From Gammaproteobacteria bacterium (GTDB lineage Bacteria; Pseudomonadota; Gammaproteobacteria; Eutrophobiales; Eutrophobiaceae), in contig OZ250183.1 in NCBI GenBank assembly GCA_965238225.1, positions 672,001-736,000 of the forward strand: a stretch of 64,000 nt of DNA, given 5' to 3'. A model generated the notes under the pieces. It ran no database searches. It was not told where the DNA came from and worked only from the letters and a program-made list of their open reading frames with translations. Both the position numbers and the translations under genes were made by a program. Below, piece after piece: positions 62,635 to 64,000 of this stretch. Positions within the stretch are counted from its first letter, which is position 1, and every line of letters begins with the position of its first letter.

Positions 62635-63681
62635 ATGAAAATATTGACACTAACGAAACCTGATGACATGCATTTGCATTTAAGGGAGGGCGATGAAATG
62701 CGCGATGTTCTGGCAAGTTCCGCCAAGCAGTTTGCCCGCGCTATCATCATGCCCAATCTTAAGTCGCCGGTAGTCTCAACAAAAAAGGCTCTGGCGTATC
62801 GGCAGAGCATTATTAAAAGCCTGCCTGAAGACATAAAAGCAGACGGCGGATTTACGCCGCTTATGACGCTCTATTTGACCGAAAATATGACAGCGGCTGA
62901 AATTAGTGAAGCGAGAGAAAGCGCTTATATTCATGCCGTAAAATATTATCCCGCAGGGGTAACCACGAATTCAGAGCACGGGGTGGATGTCATTCAAAAT
63001 ATGTATCCGGTATTACAAGAGATGGCAGAACAAAACCTTCCTTTGCTGGTTCATGGCGAAGTGAACAACAAAGACGTGGATATTTTTGATCGAGAAGCAA
63101 TCTTTATTGAAAAAATACTATGTCCGTTGATGGATAATATTCCTAATTTGCGCATTGTCTTTGAACATATCACCACCAAAGACGCTGTTGATTTTGTCAA
63201 ACAAGGTTCTATGCATATTGCCGCTACGATTACGCCACAACATCTTTTATTGAATCGCAATGCCTTGTTTGATGAAGGCTTGCGCCCACACCATTATTGT
63301 TTGCCAGTATTAAAATCAGAAAAACACCGACGCGCTGTGCTTGCCGCTGCAACCAGCGGTAATCCAAAATTCTTTTTAGGCACAGACAGTGCGCCACACA
63401 CAAAGCCAGCGAAACAGTCAAGCTGTGGTTGCGCTGGGATTTATTCTGCGTATAGCGCCATTGAGCTTTATGCAGAAGTCTTTGAAGCGGCAGATTGTTT
63501 GGATAAATTAGAAGCCTTCGCAAGCCACCATGGTGCGGATTTTTATGGCTTACCAAGAAATAAAAACACCATTACCTTGAGAAAAAATCGCTGGCAGATT
63601 CCCAGCGTTTTACCTTTCGGCGAATCAGAAATTATCCCATTTCGTGCAGGAGAATTTTGCGAGTGGCAGATGAAAGAATAA
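62635..63681 (+). CDS. pyrC: Dihydroorotase (type II)
   Basis: [20 protein letters not shown] and GTDSAPH. Confidence 0.96.
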   Translation: MKILTLTKPDDMHLHLREGDEMRDVLASSAKQFARAIIMPNLKSPVVSTKKALAYRQSIIKSLPEDIKADGGFTPLMTLYLTENMTAAEISEARESAYIHAVKYYPAGVTTNSEHGVDVIQNMYPVLQEMAEQNLPLLVHGEVNNKDVDIFDREAIFIEKILCPLMDNIPNLRIVFEHITTKDAVDFVKQGSMHIAATITPQHLLLNRNALFDEGLRPHHYCLPVLKSEKHRRAVLAAATSGNPKFFLGTDSAPHTKPAKQSSCGCAGIYSAYSAIELYAEVFEAADCLDKLEAFASHHGADFYGLPRNKNTITLRKNRWQIPSVLPFGESEIIPFRAGEFCEWQMKE

Positions 63682-63725
63682 GCACTCAAGAACAAACTGA
63701 CCAAGAACAAATTAGCCAAGAAGAA

Positions 63726-64000
63726 ATGAACTTAGGCAGCATTAGCAAACAGCAACAAACAATTGTCTGCGGGCGATTCCGCGGTTATTACCCGGTCGTA
63801 GTTGATGTTGAAACCGGCGGCTTTAATGCAAAGACTGATGCCTTGTTAGAAATTGCCGCTGCGACATTTTCAGTTGATGAACAGGGTGCTTGGTTCATGG
63901 ATGAATGTTTATCAAGGCATATTGAGCCTTTTGAGGGGAGTACGCTAGAACCCGCCGCCATGGAATTTACCGGCATTAATCCCGAGCATCCGTTTCGAAA
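63726..64000 (+). CDS. rnt: Ribonuclease T, truncated by window edge
   Basis: Hand translation: [29 protein letters not shown]...; follows pyrC; in-frame GTG at 63663 is an alternative start. Confidence 0.9.
   Translation, partial: MNLGSISKQQQTIVCGRFRGYYPVVVDVETGGFNAKTDALLEIAAATFSVDEQGAWFMDECLSRHIEPFEGSTLEPAAMEFTGINPEHPFR

Overview
A gammaproteobacterial chromosome segment (inferred from gene order and sequences) made mostly of intact housekeeping genes: yadGH, ybeD-lipB-lipA, xseA/guaBA, tadA-cinA, recA-recX-alaS-lysC-csrA-tRNA-Ser-tRNA-Arg, yajQ, apbE, mltF, srkA, rnfABCDG, metG/apbC-dcd, cysG, htpX, pgpA, purL, purB, tas, pyrC and rnt. Two integration hotspots carry tiny integrase-free cassettes. 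(1) At the guaA 3' end, a 2.2-kb att-flanked islet holds one gene fusing a degenerate restriction-modification MTase/TRD-like region to a Schlafen/AlbA_2 domain. (2) At tRNA-Arg(ACG), a tandem array of two cassettes, each closed by an exact 45-bp copy of the tRNA 3' half, each encodes a lipoprotein built from variable 72-nt MORN-type repeats. Also notable: an rnf operon with no rnfE whose RnfA has lost both conserved Cys residues; a CapW/BrxR-like WYL regulator divergent from recA, with no recognisable LexA box; and several multi-lesion pseudogenes (fae, XRE regulator, Sel1-repeat protein and others). All calls come from reading the sequence and ORF track; no searches were run.
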